From Eledone cirrhosa (lineage: Eukaryota): a DNA stretch of 64,000 nt. Every line of letters begins with the position of its first letter. Position 1 is the first letter of the stretch. This document shows positions 13,600-26,322 of the stretch, piece after piece. The DNA is taken from positions 58,900,001 through 58,964,000 of the forward strand of contig OZ024741.1 of assembly GCA_964016885.1 (NCBI GenBank), written 5' to 3'. The position numbers and the translations under genes were made by a program. The notes under the pieces are model-generated. The model saw only the letters and a program-made list of their open reading frames with translations. It was not told where the DNA came from and did not search any database.

Positions 13600-13795
13600 A
13601 ATTTGGCACAAGGCCAGTAATTTGGAGGAGAGGAAAAGCAATGAAATCACCTCCAGTATTTGACTGATACTTTATTTTATTGGTCCCCTAATTGAAGAAT
13701 GAAAGGCAAAGTTAGGATTCGAACTATGAATGTAAAGAGCTGTAACAAATACTACTAACATTTGTTAGATGATCTAATGATTTTGCCAATTCACG
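13600..13795 (-). mobile_element. SINE of the GCCTTTCATCC...GATAAAATAAAGTACCAG family (degenerate; another copy at ~12770-12892)
   Basis: Reverse complement of the + copies at 52128-52460. Confidence 0.7.
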
Positions 13796-14009
13796 GTCCT
13801 CTATCATTGTTAATTATGGTGTTATACCTCTTTGGCTCCGACAACATGTGTACTACTTGTTCAAACAATGGAACAGCCTGCTCATGAAATAAAAATATTA
13901 TGGGATGGTCATGGCCAGAATTCTTTTCATTATAGGTCAACTTCATTGACCCAACAAGAACCAGATATTTGTGATAAGGTGTTACATAAAATGAAATTTA
14001 CAGTTCACA

Positions 14010-14230
14010 CATATGCAGGTTTAGCTGGCCTCTTATGAGGTTACATAGAAGATTTCTAGGGTGATGACTGGCCTCAGTCCTATCATGTTGTTGAAGCTCA
14101 CACCTATACAGGTTTAGCTATCCTAAGGTTACATGTCATAGGTTTCTGGGGTGTTTTAATGATGGGGCCCTAGTCTTGTGTTGTTACAGCTCACCTATGT
14201 AAGTTTAGCAGGCCTCTTATGAGTTTACAT
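14010..14230. repeat. Three diverged ~90-bp tandem units
   Basis: Recurrent GCTCAC(AC)CTAT.CAGGTTTAGCTGGCCTCTTATGAG.TTACAT. Confidence 0.7.
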
Positions 14231-14457
14231 CTCCTGTCATGAAAAGCAATGTGAAACAAAGTAACTTGCTCAAGAAAACAACACACTACCCAGTTCAGGA
14301 ATTGAACCAACAATGATATGATTGAGATTCCAACATCCTAACTGCTAGGCAACATGCTTTCACATGAAATAGACACCAAAGAAGTCTTTGTGCTGCAAAT
14401 AGCAGAGAAATCTCCTTCAAAACTGATCTCTTTAAAAACAGATGAGATATTGATGGA

Positions 14458-15590
14458 ATACCTTCGATTGGGGCAAGGTATAGACATAAATTTAACACAT
14501 CTTTGATTGGGGCCAAGCATAGACATAAAATAAACAACACACCTTTGATTGGAGCCAGGTAGAAACATAAATTTAACACACCTTTGATTGGGACCAGATA
14601 TAGACATAAATTAAACACACCTTTGATTGGAGCCAGGTATAGACATACATTTAACACCTTTGATTGAGGCCAGGTGTAGACTTACATTAAATACACTTTT
14701 ATTGGGACCAGATGTAGACATAAATCTAAACTATAATAAAGTAAGAAGCTAGGGACTGCGTACGGTTTATAATTTTTTATCCCCTTAGTAAAATAAGTTA
14801 GATTACTTTGAATAAATAATGTTGGATTACTTTGAATATTAAATAATTTATCCACTAAATTTCGTGGCTGTTCATTAAATATATTCTATTACTTATTTAA
14901 ACATTCACCGTCTAACCCATGCTAGCGTGGAAAATGGACGTTAAACGAAGATGATGATGATGACTTCTTTAAAATTTTCAAATGTCAACACTTCCGGTTA
15001 GTGATCGTTTAAATAAACATTCCTAATTTCTGTCACTAATTTTCTCCTAATGCGGTTTATATATAATATCGTTTTTTTTAAATGTATCATGGATTACATT
15101 ACTGATTACATAAGAGAGTGTAACACAGTCTTCGTTTAATTTCTGTGTATATTGTCAATTACGATTTTATTTGATGTATCATATCTACATGTATATATAC
15201 TTGCGTATAATATCAATATACACACTACACATGCTAGCAGAAAACCACCGGGGTGGTTTTCTGCTAGTACACTTAATTTTAATTGGATCCAGGTGTAGAC
15301 ATTTTTCAAAGACACCTTGATTGGGGCCAGGTGTTGACATACATTAAACACACCTTTGATTGGATCCAGGTATAGACATAAATACACTTAATTTTAATTG
15401 AGGCCAAGTATAGACAAATTAAACACACCTTTGATTGAGGCCAGGTATAGATATAAATTAAACACACCTTTGATGGAGGTCAGGTATAGTTATACATTTA
15501 ACACACCTTTGATTGGGGGCAGGTGTAGTTATACATTTAACACACCTTTGATTGGGGCCATGTATAGATTGGGGCCAGGTATAAATCAAA
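14458..15590. repeat. ~39-bp minisatellite split by a Helitron insertion
   Basis: Unit ACACCTTTGATTGGGGCCAGGTATAGACATAAATTTAAC occurs ~7x at 14458-14724 and ~8x at 15268-15590. Confidence 0.95.
14725..15267 (+). mobile_element. Non-autonomous Helitron (543 bp) containing a nested RTE tail at ~14907-14963
   Basis: Starts A|TCTAAACTATAATAAAG and ends hairpin + CTAG|T, with no TSD. Removing it restores GACATAAA|TACACTTAATTTTAATTG, which is present uninterrupted in a neighbouring unit at ~15375. Confidence 0.9.
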
Positions 15591-16110
15591 TAAGCTAGTT
15601 ACACAAGATCACAGAACATTTTTTTTATTTATAAGTTTCTTTATAATTCATATTTAAGTAATGGTTTAACCTAATTAGCCTAATTAGCAACAATTAACAT
15701 CTAAACAAATTAGCCTCATTTATCATAAAAGATCGTTAATTACACGAGTCGGTAAGATTTGGTCATTTTCATAATTATGCTTAAATATCAATTCTTATGA
15801 TATTTAATTACATTTGTTTATGTTACTTAGGTCTCTCTCTCTCTTTAAATATATATATATATATGTTTTATAAATGTTTGTGTATACATATATATATATT
15901 TATATATATATATATATATGCATGTATTTATGTACAAACACATGTATATAAATATATGTGTATATATATATGTGTGTATATGTATATAAATATATGTGTA
16001 TATATATATGTGTATATGTGTATATATATGTGTGTGTGTGTGTATGTATATATATATGTATATGTGTGTATGTATATGTGTGTATATGTGTATATGTGTG
16101 TGTCTGTAGA

Positions 16111-16147
<37 letters not shown>

Positions 16148-16151
16148 GTAT

Positions 16152-16502
16152 ATCATTTCATCATCATCATCATTTCATTTTAGGTCTGCTTTTTCCCTGC
16201 TTGCAAGGGTGGGATGGGAACTGATTCTGGCTTGATTTCTACAGCTGGATGCCCTTCCTAACACACACCTCATTTACAGTGAATGCTGGGTGCTTTTTTT
16301 TCGTGGCACCTCCACGTCCACTTTGCAGTGGAATGATAGAGACTCCAGTCCTTATCATCTCATTTCTACAGCTGAGTAAGCTGGAGCAATGTGAAATAAA
16401 GTGTCTTGCTCAAGGAAACAATACATCACCTGGTCTGAGAATTGAACTCACAACCTTTCGATTGCAAGGCCAATGCTCTAACCACTAAGCCATGTGCCTC
16501 CA
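16152..16502 (-). mobile_element. Full-length tRNA-derived SINE with RTE-derived 3' tail
   Basis: Head TGGAGGCACATGGCTTAGTGGTTAGAGC (A box), GAGTTCAATTC (B box), central TTTCCTTGAGCAAGACACTT resembling a MIR/CORE segment, 3' part shared with the RTE 3' UTR, (GAT)n tail. Confidence 0.9.
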
Positions 16503-16561
16503 TCATATGGGAGTATATATACATGTGTATATGTGTGTGTATGTATATGTGTATATGTGTG

Positions 16562-16940
16562 AATATTATTATTATTATCATTTTTACGTCCGCTTTTCCC
16601 TGCTTGCAAGGGTGGGATGGGAACTGATGCTGGCTTGATTTCTACAGCTGGATGCCCTTCCTAACACACACCTCATTTACAGTGAGTGCTGGGTGCTTTT
16701 TTGCCGTGGTACCTCCACGACCACTTTGCAGTGGAATGATATGGACCCCAGTCCCTATCATCTCATTTCTACAGCTGAGTAAACTGGAGCAATGTGAAAT
16801 AAAGTGTCTTGCTCAAGGAAACAACACATCACCTGGTCTGAGAATTGAACTCACAACCTTTCGATTCTGAGTAAACTGGAGCAATGTGAAATAAAGTGTC
16901 TTGCTCAAGGAAACAAGACATCACCCGGTCTGAGAATTGA
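16562..16940 (-). mobile_element. Second, 5'-truncated copy of the same SINE with a 74-bp internal duplication
   Basis: Near-identical to 16152-16502; CTGAGTAAACTGGAGC...GAGAATTGAA is repeated at 16867-16940. Confidence 0.9.
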
Positions 16941-16977
16941 ATATATATATATATATATATCCTGAATTGAATATATA

Positions 16978-17029
<52 letters not shown>

Positions 17030-17033
<4 letters not shown>

Positions 17034-17443
17034 GTCGTATAGGTGTCACAACAAAAAAACACACAGCCCACACTGTAATGTGGCCGTGTAGGTAACACTG
17101 TAAAAATACACTGTAAATGTGGTTGGTGTTAGGAAGGGCATCCAGCCGTAGAAAACCTGCCAGATAGTCCTATACAAGCGAGACGACCAATCTTGCCTCA
17201 AATGGGACAATTGGCGTCTAAACCCATGCTGGCGTGGAAGATAGACGTTAAATGATGATGATGATGTGTATATGTGTGTTAGGAAGGGCATCCAGCTGTA
17301 GAAACCAAGCCAAATCAGTTCCTGTATGAGCAAGGCATGGTCAGCCGACCAGACACTGCCCACAACAGGACAACCCGTCTAACCCATGCTAGCGTGGAAG
17401 AACAGACGTAAAACGGTGATGATGATGATGATGATGATGATGA
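17030..17443 (+). mobile_element. Two tandem solo RTE 3' tails (17030-17266, 17277-17443)
   Basis: Both contain GTTAGGAAGGGCATCCAGC...AACCCATGCT.GCGTGGAAG and end in (GAT)n; the second is nearly identical to 46659-46816. Confidence 0.9.
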
Positions 17444-17505
17444 TATATATATGTGTGTGTATGTGTGTCTATATATATATGTGTATATGTGTGTATATAT
17501 ATATA

Positions 17506-17536
<31 letters not shown>

Positions 17537-17855
17537 GTGTATATGTGTATATATATATATGTGTATATGTGTATATATATGTGTATATGTGTATATGTGT
17601 GTATATATATGTGTATATGTGTGTGTGTATATATATATATATATGTTTATATATATATATATGTGTATATGTGTGTATATATATATGTGTGTATATATAT
17701 ATGTGTATATATATATATGTGTGTATATGTGTATATATATGTATGTATATGTGTATATATATGTGTGTATATGTGTATATATATGTATATATGTGTGTGT
17801 GTATATATATATGTGTATGTGTGTGTATATATATATGTGTATATGTGTGTATATA

Positions 17856-17886
<31 letters not shown>

Positions 17887-18161
17887 GTGTATATGTGTGT
17901 ATGTATATATGTGTATATGTGTGTATACATATATGTGTGTATATGTGTATATGTGTGTATATATATGTGTATATGTGTGTATATATATGTGTATATGTAT
18001 ATATATGTGTGTATATATATATGTGTATATATGTGTGTGTGTATGTGTATATATATATATTACTTGTGTATATATGTGTGTATATATGTGTGTGTGTGTA
18101 TATGTGTGTATATGTATATGTGTGTATATGTGTATATATATATATGTGTATATATATATAT
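17444..18161. repeat. Mosaic (TA)/(TG) microsatellite
   Basis: Read directly; it produces the Y/I/C/V-rich spurious ORFs. Confidence 0.98.
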
Positions 18162-19008
18162 ATCATCATCATCATCGTTTAACGTCCATCTTCCACGCGT
18201 GCATGGGTTTGGACGGGAGTTTCCCACTTGAGGCAAGATTTGTTGTCCTGCTCGTATAGGACTGTCTGGCGGGTTTTCTACGGCTGGATGCCCTTCCTAA
18301 CACCAACCACGTTTACAGTGTAGACTAGGAGGTTTTTACCGTGTTACCTACACGGCCACATTACAGCGTGGACTGTGTGTATTTTTGTCGTGACACCTAC
18401 ATGTTTGGCGGGTTTTCTACTGCTGGCTGCCCTTCCCAACACCAACCACGTTTATAGTGTGGACTGGGAGGTTTTTACCGTGTTACCTACACGGCCACAT
18501 TACAGCGTGGACTGTGTTTTTTTGTTGTGACACCTATACGACCTCATTTGATTCGGACTGGATGTTGTGGTACCAACATAACTTCACATTTAAGGGGGTG
18601 GTGTGGATGGGGTGGGGGTAGTGGGACGGGGGTGTATTTTGTTAGAGGTGCCTACTGACTGTAGTAGGTTTCACTTTGTACTTAGGTAAGGCGGGTCTTC
18701 TCTATTACTGTGTAGCGCCAAACATCTCGGTCCAGTGACATTGTCTTGGAGAAGTGTAAGTGTGTGAGGTCGGAATTTATCAAGTCATCCCAAGTTTTTC
18801 TGGGTCTGCCTACTCGGTGGCTACCGTCTATTTTTATCGCCCTGCACTTTTTTATACAGCTGTCGTCTTTCATGTGCATCACATGACCATACCAACGTAG
18901 TCTTCTCTTGAGTAAACAACATCTGATCCCTCTTAATCCTAATTTCTCCCTTAGTTCGTTTATGCTTTGCCGTTCACGTATATTAGTATTACACATCCAG
19001 CGGAGCAT
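18162..19008 (-). mobile_element. 5'-truncated RTE LINE (subfamily ending ...KTRLT)
   Basis: ORF 18682-19008 MLRWMC...RRLRWYGHVM...GRPRKTW; 3' UTR with a ~137-bp internal duplication; (GAT)n tail. Confidence 0.95.
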
Positions 19009-19126
19009 ATGTGTGTATATATATATATATATATATCTGTGTATATGCTCTCGGGAGCTTCCAACAGTAATGGTTGCATTCTTTAAGGGTATGTCAATAT
19101 TTATTTATAAAACTGCTCTATATTAT

Positions 19127-19189
19127 ATTTTATCTGATGAAAGCACACCATAATTTAACTTGGTGTCCTTGAAATATGTATAATGAAAT
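19127..19189 (+). ncRNA. Type I hammerhead ribozyme motif
   Basis: Stem I ATTTTAT/ATGAAAT (one G.U); core CTGATGA 19134-19140; stem II AAG-c-ACACCA/TGGTGT-c-CTT; GAAA 19171-19174; short near-palindromic stem III ATA-TG-TAT; predicted cleavage triplet AUA. Folded by hand only. Confidence 0.7.
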
Positions 19190-19280
19190 AAATATGGTTT
19201 TATAAATATAGTTTCCATTTGTTATTATATATATACATATATATATATATATATAGATATATATAGTTTTAATATAGATG

Positions 19281-19331
19281 AGATTCTACAGGACTAGAAC
19301 TGTTTCATTCATTAGAAATCATCAGGAATCT
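19281..19331 (-). ncRNA. Type I hammerhead ribozyme motif
   Basis: Minus strand reads AGATTC CTGATGA TTTC TAAT GAAT GAA ACAG TTCTAGTC CTGT A GAATCT: perfect 6-bp stem I, canonical core, 3-bp stem II on a U.U pair, 4-bp stem III, GUA triplet. Confidence 0.8.
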
Positions 19332-19829
19332 GGGTATCAAAAAATAAATAAATATGGTATTTATAGGTCTCTACAAGTGGTAGGAGAGGGTGGGGAGTGG
19401 GATGGGTGCAGGTCATTGGTTGATAGAAAAGGGAATTCATTAAAAGCTAATTCTACAAAGCTATAGTTTATTTTTATTTTTATTTATTTATGTTTTTAGA
19501 GTAACAAGGGCAGACAGAATTCTATAAACAGGTTCCGGATGGCATACCATTCCTTGTCATTAAGTTTCTCTTAAGCTAACAGATGTCTATAAAATCAGTG
19601 GGGGGTCAGTCATGGTCCATAGAATTAAAGAAAAGGGAGATTCTTTAAAAGCTAAAATCATTAAGGTTCTACTAAGTGACAAAGGTCTAGAGAATTCTGC
19701 AGACAGATTCAAAATACTGAGTGCATATTTTACTATTCTCTTCGAACTTCTCTTAAACTAATCAACTATATGCCAAAAATCAACAGACACATTCACAAAA
19801 AAACAAAAAAACACACATACTCACTCACA

Positions 19830-19932
19830 CACTTACGCGCAACCATAAACACACACACAAACACATATACACACATAAAAACACACACACATATATATAA
19901 AAATATATTCATGTACACACACATACATACAC

Positions 19933-19981
<49 letters not shown>

Positions 19982-20172
19982 AGTATATACACATATATAC
20001 ACACACACATATATATATACACATACACACACACATACACATACATACACACACACATATATACACAAATAAATACACTCACACGCATACATACAAACAC
20101 AAATATACATGTGTATACATATACACACAAATACATATAGACATATATACATACACATACACAGACACATAT

Positions 20173-20224
<52 letters not shown>

Positions 20225-20286
20225 ACACATACATACATACACATATACATATACACACACATACGTATACATATATATATACATAC

Positions 20287-20341
<55 letters not shown>

Positions 20342-20528
20342 CACACACATACATGCACACACACATATGTATATATATATATATATATAAAAAAAAAAAA
20401 AACCATACACACACATATATATACATATACACACACATACACACAAACACACACACACACATATATACACATATACATACATATATATACATCCATATAT
20501 ATAACCACATACATATATACATACATAC

Positions 20529-20573
<45 letters not shown>

Positions 20574-20616
20574 TAAACAAATATATATACATACAAACAC
20601 ACACACACACATACAT

Positions 20617-20677
<61 letters not shown>

Positions 20678-20721
20678 TACACACACATACACATACATAC
20701 ACATATATAAGGAAAAAGCAC

Positions 20722-20797
<76 letters not shown>

Positions 20798-20798
20798 T

Positions 20799-20855
<57 letters not shown>

Positions 20856-20941
20856 TATATATACACACATATATACACACACCCACACATATACATATAT
20901 ATATATATACACACACATACATACACACACATACACATATA

Positions 20942-20973
<32 letters not shown>

Positions 20974-21044
20974 CATACAAATATATACATATATATAAAA
21001 ATATACACACACACACACATATATACATATATATATATATACAC

Positions 21045-21117
<73 letters not shown>

Positions 21118-21361
21118 TATACACATATATATATATATATATATACGCATACAAACACACATACAAACATACATATACACATACATACATATAAACATAT
21201 ATATATACACACATATATATATACATGCATGTACATACATATATATACATATATATATATACACATATATATACATATATACAGATATACATACATATAT
21301 TTACACACACATATACATATTATATATACACATACACACACACATATATATACACATACAT

Positions 21362-21404
<43 letters not shown>

Positions 21405-21549
21405 CACACATATACATATATATATATATATATATACATACATACAAATACACACACATATATATACACGCACACACAGATATATACACACATATATATA
21501 CACACACACACACACATACACATACACATGCATATGTATAAATATCTAT

Positions 21550-21595
<46 letters not shown>

Positions 21596-21686
21596 ATACA
21601 TATACAAACATACACATACATACACAGACCTATACATAAATATACACATATATATACAGACATATAACGCATATATACACACACAA

Positions 21687-21759
<73 letters not shown>

Positions 21760-21825
21760 TATATACACACACGCGCATACACACACACACACACAAATAT
21801 ATATACACACTCTCTCTCTCACGCA

Positions 21826-21865
<40 letters not shown>

Positions 21866-21942
21866 CACACATATACACATATACACACATACATATACAC
21901 AGACATATATACATACACATATATACACATATATACACACAT

Positions 21943-21973
<31 letters not shown>

Positions 21974-21978
21974 CATAC

Positions 21979-22023
<45 letters not shown>

Positions 22024-22040
22024 AATATACATATATATAT
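19830..22040. repeat. ~2.2-kb mosaic (CA)/(TA) microsatellite field
   Basis: Read directly from the sequence. Confidence 0.98.
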
Positions 22041-23216
22041 ATCATCATCATCATCATCATGAACGTTTAACGTCCGTGTTCCACGCTTGCATGGGTTTGG
22101 ACGGGGGTAGTCCCACTTGAGGCAAGAGTGATTGTCTTGCTCGCATAGGACTGTCTGGCAGGTTTTCTACAGTTGGATGCCCTTCCTAACACCAACCACA
22201 TTTACAGTGTGGGTCTGGGAGGTTTTTACCGTGTTGCCTACACGGCCACATTACAGCGTGGACTGTGTGTTTTTTTGTCATGACACCTACACGATCTCAT
22301 TTGTTTCGGCCTCGATGGCGCGGCACCAACATAACTTTACATAGAACGGGGTGGTGTGGATGGGGTGGGGTGGTGGTGGTGGTGGGACGGGGTGTATTTT
22401 GTTAGAGATGACTACTGGCTGGAGTAGATTTTACTATATATTTAGGTAAGGCGGGTCTTCTCTGTTACTGAGTACCGCCAAAGGTCTCGGTCCAGTGACA
22501 TTGTCTTGGAGAGGTGTAAGTGTGTGATGTCGGAGTTTATCAGCTCGTCCCAGGTTTTTCTAGGTCTGCCTATTCCGTGACTACCGTCTATCTTTATTGC
22601 CCTGCACTTTGTTATACAGCTATCGACTTTCATGCGCATCACGTGTCCATACCAACGTAGCCTTCTCTCGAGTAAACAACATCTGATCCCTCTTATCTCT
22701 AATTTTTTCCTTAGTTCGTTTATGCTTTGCCGTTCACGTATATTACTGTTACACATCCAGCGGAGCATGCAAGCTTCGTTCCTCTCTAGTCTGGTTATCC
22801 TCTGCACACAATGCCCAGGTCTCACTGCCATGCAGCATTGCTGTTCGTATGCAGGCATCGTACAACCTGCCTTTCATTTTTAGGGAGAACCCTTTAGCAG
22901 CTAATAGTGGTATAAGCTCTCTGAACTTTTTCCAACCAGTTCTGACTCTAGCTACAGTACTTTCAGAGCACCCTCCCCCACTGCTGATTTTATCGCCCAG
23001 GTAACGGAAGCTGTCCACTATTTCTATAGAACCCTCTGCGCAATTGAAAGAGCTAGTATTTTGTGGGCACTTGCTGCTACTTATTGCACCAGAACACCGG
23101 CCACATGTAAAATCTATGTTCTTAGTTAGCTTACCTGTGATCCCACTACATCTTTTATGCACCCATACTTTGCATTTAGGACATAAAATGGAGTTTCTAC
23201 CTACGCCTTTTCTACA
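22041..23216 (-). mobile_element. 5'-truncated RTE LINE (KTRLT subfamily) with a frameshift near 22795
   Basis: [23 protein letters not shown]...VDSFRYLGD...MLHGSETW...RLRWYGHVMRM; (GAT)n tail; nearly identical to 36534-37730. Confidence 0.95.
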
Positions 23217-23291
23217 TATATATATATATATATACAAATACACACACACACATATATACATATATATATATATATACACACCTGCCCACAC

Positions 23292-23345
<54 letters not shown>

Positions 23346-23365
23346 GCACACACATACATACATAA

Positions 23366-23400
<35 letters not shown>

Positions 23401-23411
23401 CATATACATAC

Positions 23412-23468
<57 letters not shown>

Positions 23469-23665
23469 TACATATATACATATATATACACATACACATA
23501 CATATACATACACACACACATACATAAACATACATACATACATACACATACATACATACATACACATATATACACATATATATATATATATATATACATA
23601 TATATACACATATATACATACATATACATACATAAATATACACACATAAAACACATATACACACA

Positions 23666-23745
<80 letters not shown>

Positions 23746-23780
23746 TACATATACACACATTCAAACAAATATATACACAT
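23217..23780. repeat. Mosaic (CA)/(TA) microsatellite
   Basis: Read directly from the sequence. Confidence 0.95.
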
Positions 23781-23961
23781 ACAAATAAACAGGTACTCAA
23801 TAAATATACGCATATACGCAGGCACATAAAGACACCTCTACAGGCATAAAATGTAGATACGAAAGAGGTACTCACATAACCATAGTGGCCGTATTTCAGG
23901 TTGAGGAGGGGTGGGGGTAGGGTGGGGAGGAGGTATAGGGGCCAATAGGGGGAGGTCGTTT

Positions 23962-25297
23962 TTAGCCATCGGGCTTTAACACTGGCTTAAAGTGTTTGAA
24001 AGTTGCAAAGTTCTTGTGCATGCAGTTCGGGCAGTGTTCAGAGAGTTTGTTCAGTAGCGGGCCCTTGGCGAATAAAATTTCGTAGCTCTCTGAAATACAA
24101 AGGTCGCAGCCCTTGTGTCCTCCGTTGTAAGAGCGCGCTTTCTGGAGTATTTTCCAATTAAGCGTGAAGGGGGTGGAGTTCCTTTTGAGGTCCCAAACGT
24201 AGGAGGCGAGTGTTGTCTGATTTGATTTATCCGGTCTTCTGAAGGAGTGGGTATGGGCATACCAACGGGTCTTAAAGTTGTTGGAGGTCATGCCGATGTA
24301 AGTTTTTTTGCAATCCTCGGTGCCTGAGATGACATCGCATTTGTATACGATGTCATTTGTGAGGCATTTGTTTTCAAGTGGGCATGCTTCCTTATTTAGG
24401 CAATTACATAGAGCCCCAGTCCGGGGATTGGTTTCGGAGGTGGTTGGCTTATTTAGTTTAGAATTATGGTTGGCTATATTCCTAGCTAGGTTAGGTGTGG
24501 TGGAGTAAGACAGTCTTATAGTGTTCTTATTAAAGATGGTGTAGTACCTATGTTGTATGGGGAAGTGTAATTTCAGTAAAGTGAAGAAAATCCTAGCTAT
24601 CGGAGTAGATACCTCTCTATTGAAGGGGGGGTTGTACCAGCTAATCTGCCTATGTCTATTCCTCCTCTGCAATCTTGCGGTGGTTTCTAGGTAAGTTATC
24701 TTATCTTTAAATCCGCTACGGGCTAGGGCGTCATTGTAGTAGGAGGCAGATGCATTAAAAATATCTTTGTTTGCGGAGAGGCCAGATATTCTAATAGAGA
24801 CGCTTTTTACTAGGTTATCAGTGATGTTTTGTGGGTGGTTTGAATTAACATTAATATATTTAAGGGACTCGTTAGGTTTGTGGTACGGGTAATAGAGGGA
24901 AGTATCTAGGTCGAGAGTGACATCTAAGAAGTTGGCCCTAGTCATATTAGAATCTATAGTTATACTAAATCCTAGATTAGAGAAGAAAGAGCTTAAGTTT
25001 TTCCGAAACCCATCGGTGGTTCTGGGGCTAACCTTATGCAGGGCGAAGAGGCCGTCGTCTCGGTATAAACCTCCCGTTAGGCCGGTAAAGAGGTTCTTCA
25101 GGTTATGTAGGATGTCCAGGCCCACAAGGTCGCTAATTTCAGCCGAGTCACTCGCCCCCATGCTAACGTCAAATGGGGTCTGAGATTTCTTGTTGATCCA
25201 GTAAGATCCATCGTGGTATAGAAAGGTCTTACGAGCGTGGAGGATAATAACTTGCTCAGCATCGGTAATGGTGGTAAAATTCCTGGCAAAGTACACA
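23962..25297 (-). CDS. 5'-truncated Penelope-like element ORF: RT C-terminal part + Cys linker + GIY-YIG endonuclease, uninterrupted
   Basis: [20 protein letters not shown] (RT catalytic), NFLDVTL, HP, CNC-x5-CPL-x3-C linker, IVYKC...[24 protein letters not shown]. Homology to the second PLE stops near 25297, so the first ~44 codons of the tracked ORF appear unrelated. Confidence 0.92.
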
Positions 25298-25550
25298 CAC
25301 ATACAACTAACCGGCAGGAGACCCAAAGTAAGATGGTTGGGTAACATAAACAGGATATTAGGAAAAACTAGGCAACATTCGTTGAAGTTTGAAAAAACAT
25401 TTATTATACAATAGGGTTTTGAACACATCCATGTTACATAAACCTCAATTAGCTTACATAAAATGAATACTTCTATCTTCTCTCATATTATATATATATA
25501 TATGATACACACACGTGTGTGTGTGTGTGTGTCATATTTATACATATATA

Positions 25551-25707
25551 TGTAAATGTTGTTAGCATTAGGAAGGATATTCAGCCGTAGAAACGAAGCC
25601 AGAAACAGTTCTGACATGGCCATCTGATCTGACATTTTTCATAACAGGACAACTCAGCTTACCCATGCTAGCATTGAAAAATTGATGTTAAATGGTGATG
25701 ATGATGA
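25551..25707 (+). mobile_element. Degenerate solo RTE tail
   Basis: TTAGGAAGGATATTCAGCCGTAGAAAC...ACCCATGCTAGCATTGAAA...(GAT)n. Confidence 0.8.
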
Positions 25708-25749
25708 TATATGATATAAACATATATATATATATATGTAATAATAACA

Positions 25750-26079
25750 TGGAGGCACATGGCTTAGTGGTTAGAGCATTGGCCTTGCAATCGAAAGGTT
25801 GTGAGTTCAATTCTAAACCGGGTGATGTGTTGTTTCCTTGAGCAAGACACTTTATTTCACATTGCTCCAGTTTACTCAGCTGTAGAAATGAGATGATAGG
25901 GACCACTGCAAAGTGGTCGTGGAGGTGCCACGGCAAAAAAGCACCCAGCACTCACTGTAAATGAGGTTGGTGTTAGGAAGGGCATCCAGCTGTAGAAATC
26001 AAGCCAGAATCAGTTCCCATCCCACCCTTGCAAGCAGGGAAAAAGTGGACGTAAAATGAAATGAAAATGATGAAATGAT
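25750..26079 (+). mobile_element. Full-length tRNA-derived SINE with RTE tail
   Basis: Same A box, B box, core and tail as 16152-16502. Confidence 0.92.
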
Positions 26080-26199
26080 ATGTGTGTGTGTGTGCATGAC
26101 GTACTCAAACATGTATATATACCAAATATAATATACTCGAGCAATGTTTCCATTTGTCTTTCCAATTGCTAATACTATCTATCGGTTACAACTCCAGGT

Positions 26200-26322
26200 A
26201 GAAGGAGCAACGTGAAATAAAGTGTCTTGCTCAAGGACATAACACATCACCCGGTCTAGAATCGAACTCCCAACCTCACAATTGCAAATCCAACTCTCTA
26301 ACCACTCGGCCATGCGCCTTCA
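26200..26322 (-). mobile_element. SINE head/core fragment of a related subfamily
   Basis: Reverse complement GAAGGCGCATGGCCGAGTGGTTAGAGAG...GAGTTCGATTC...GTCCTTGAGCAAGACACTT. Confidence 0.8.

Noticed and set aside
15797-23875. Y/I/C/V/H/T-rich ORFs up to 505 aa
   Set aside because: Translations of TA/CA/TG microsatellites.
25750-25820. tRNA genes at SINE heads
   Set aside because: A and B boxes are present, but no acceptor stem closes and the sequence continues into SINE core and tail.
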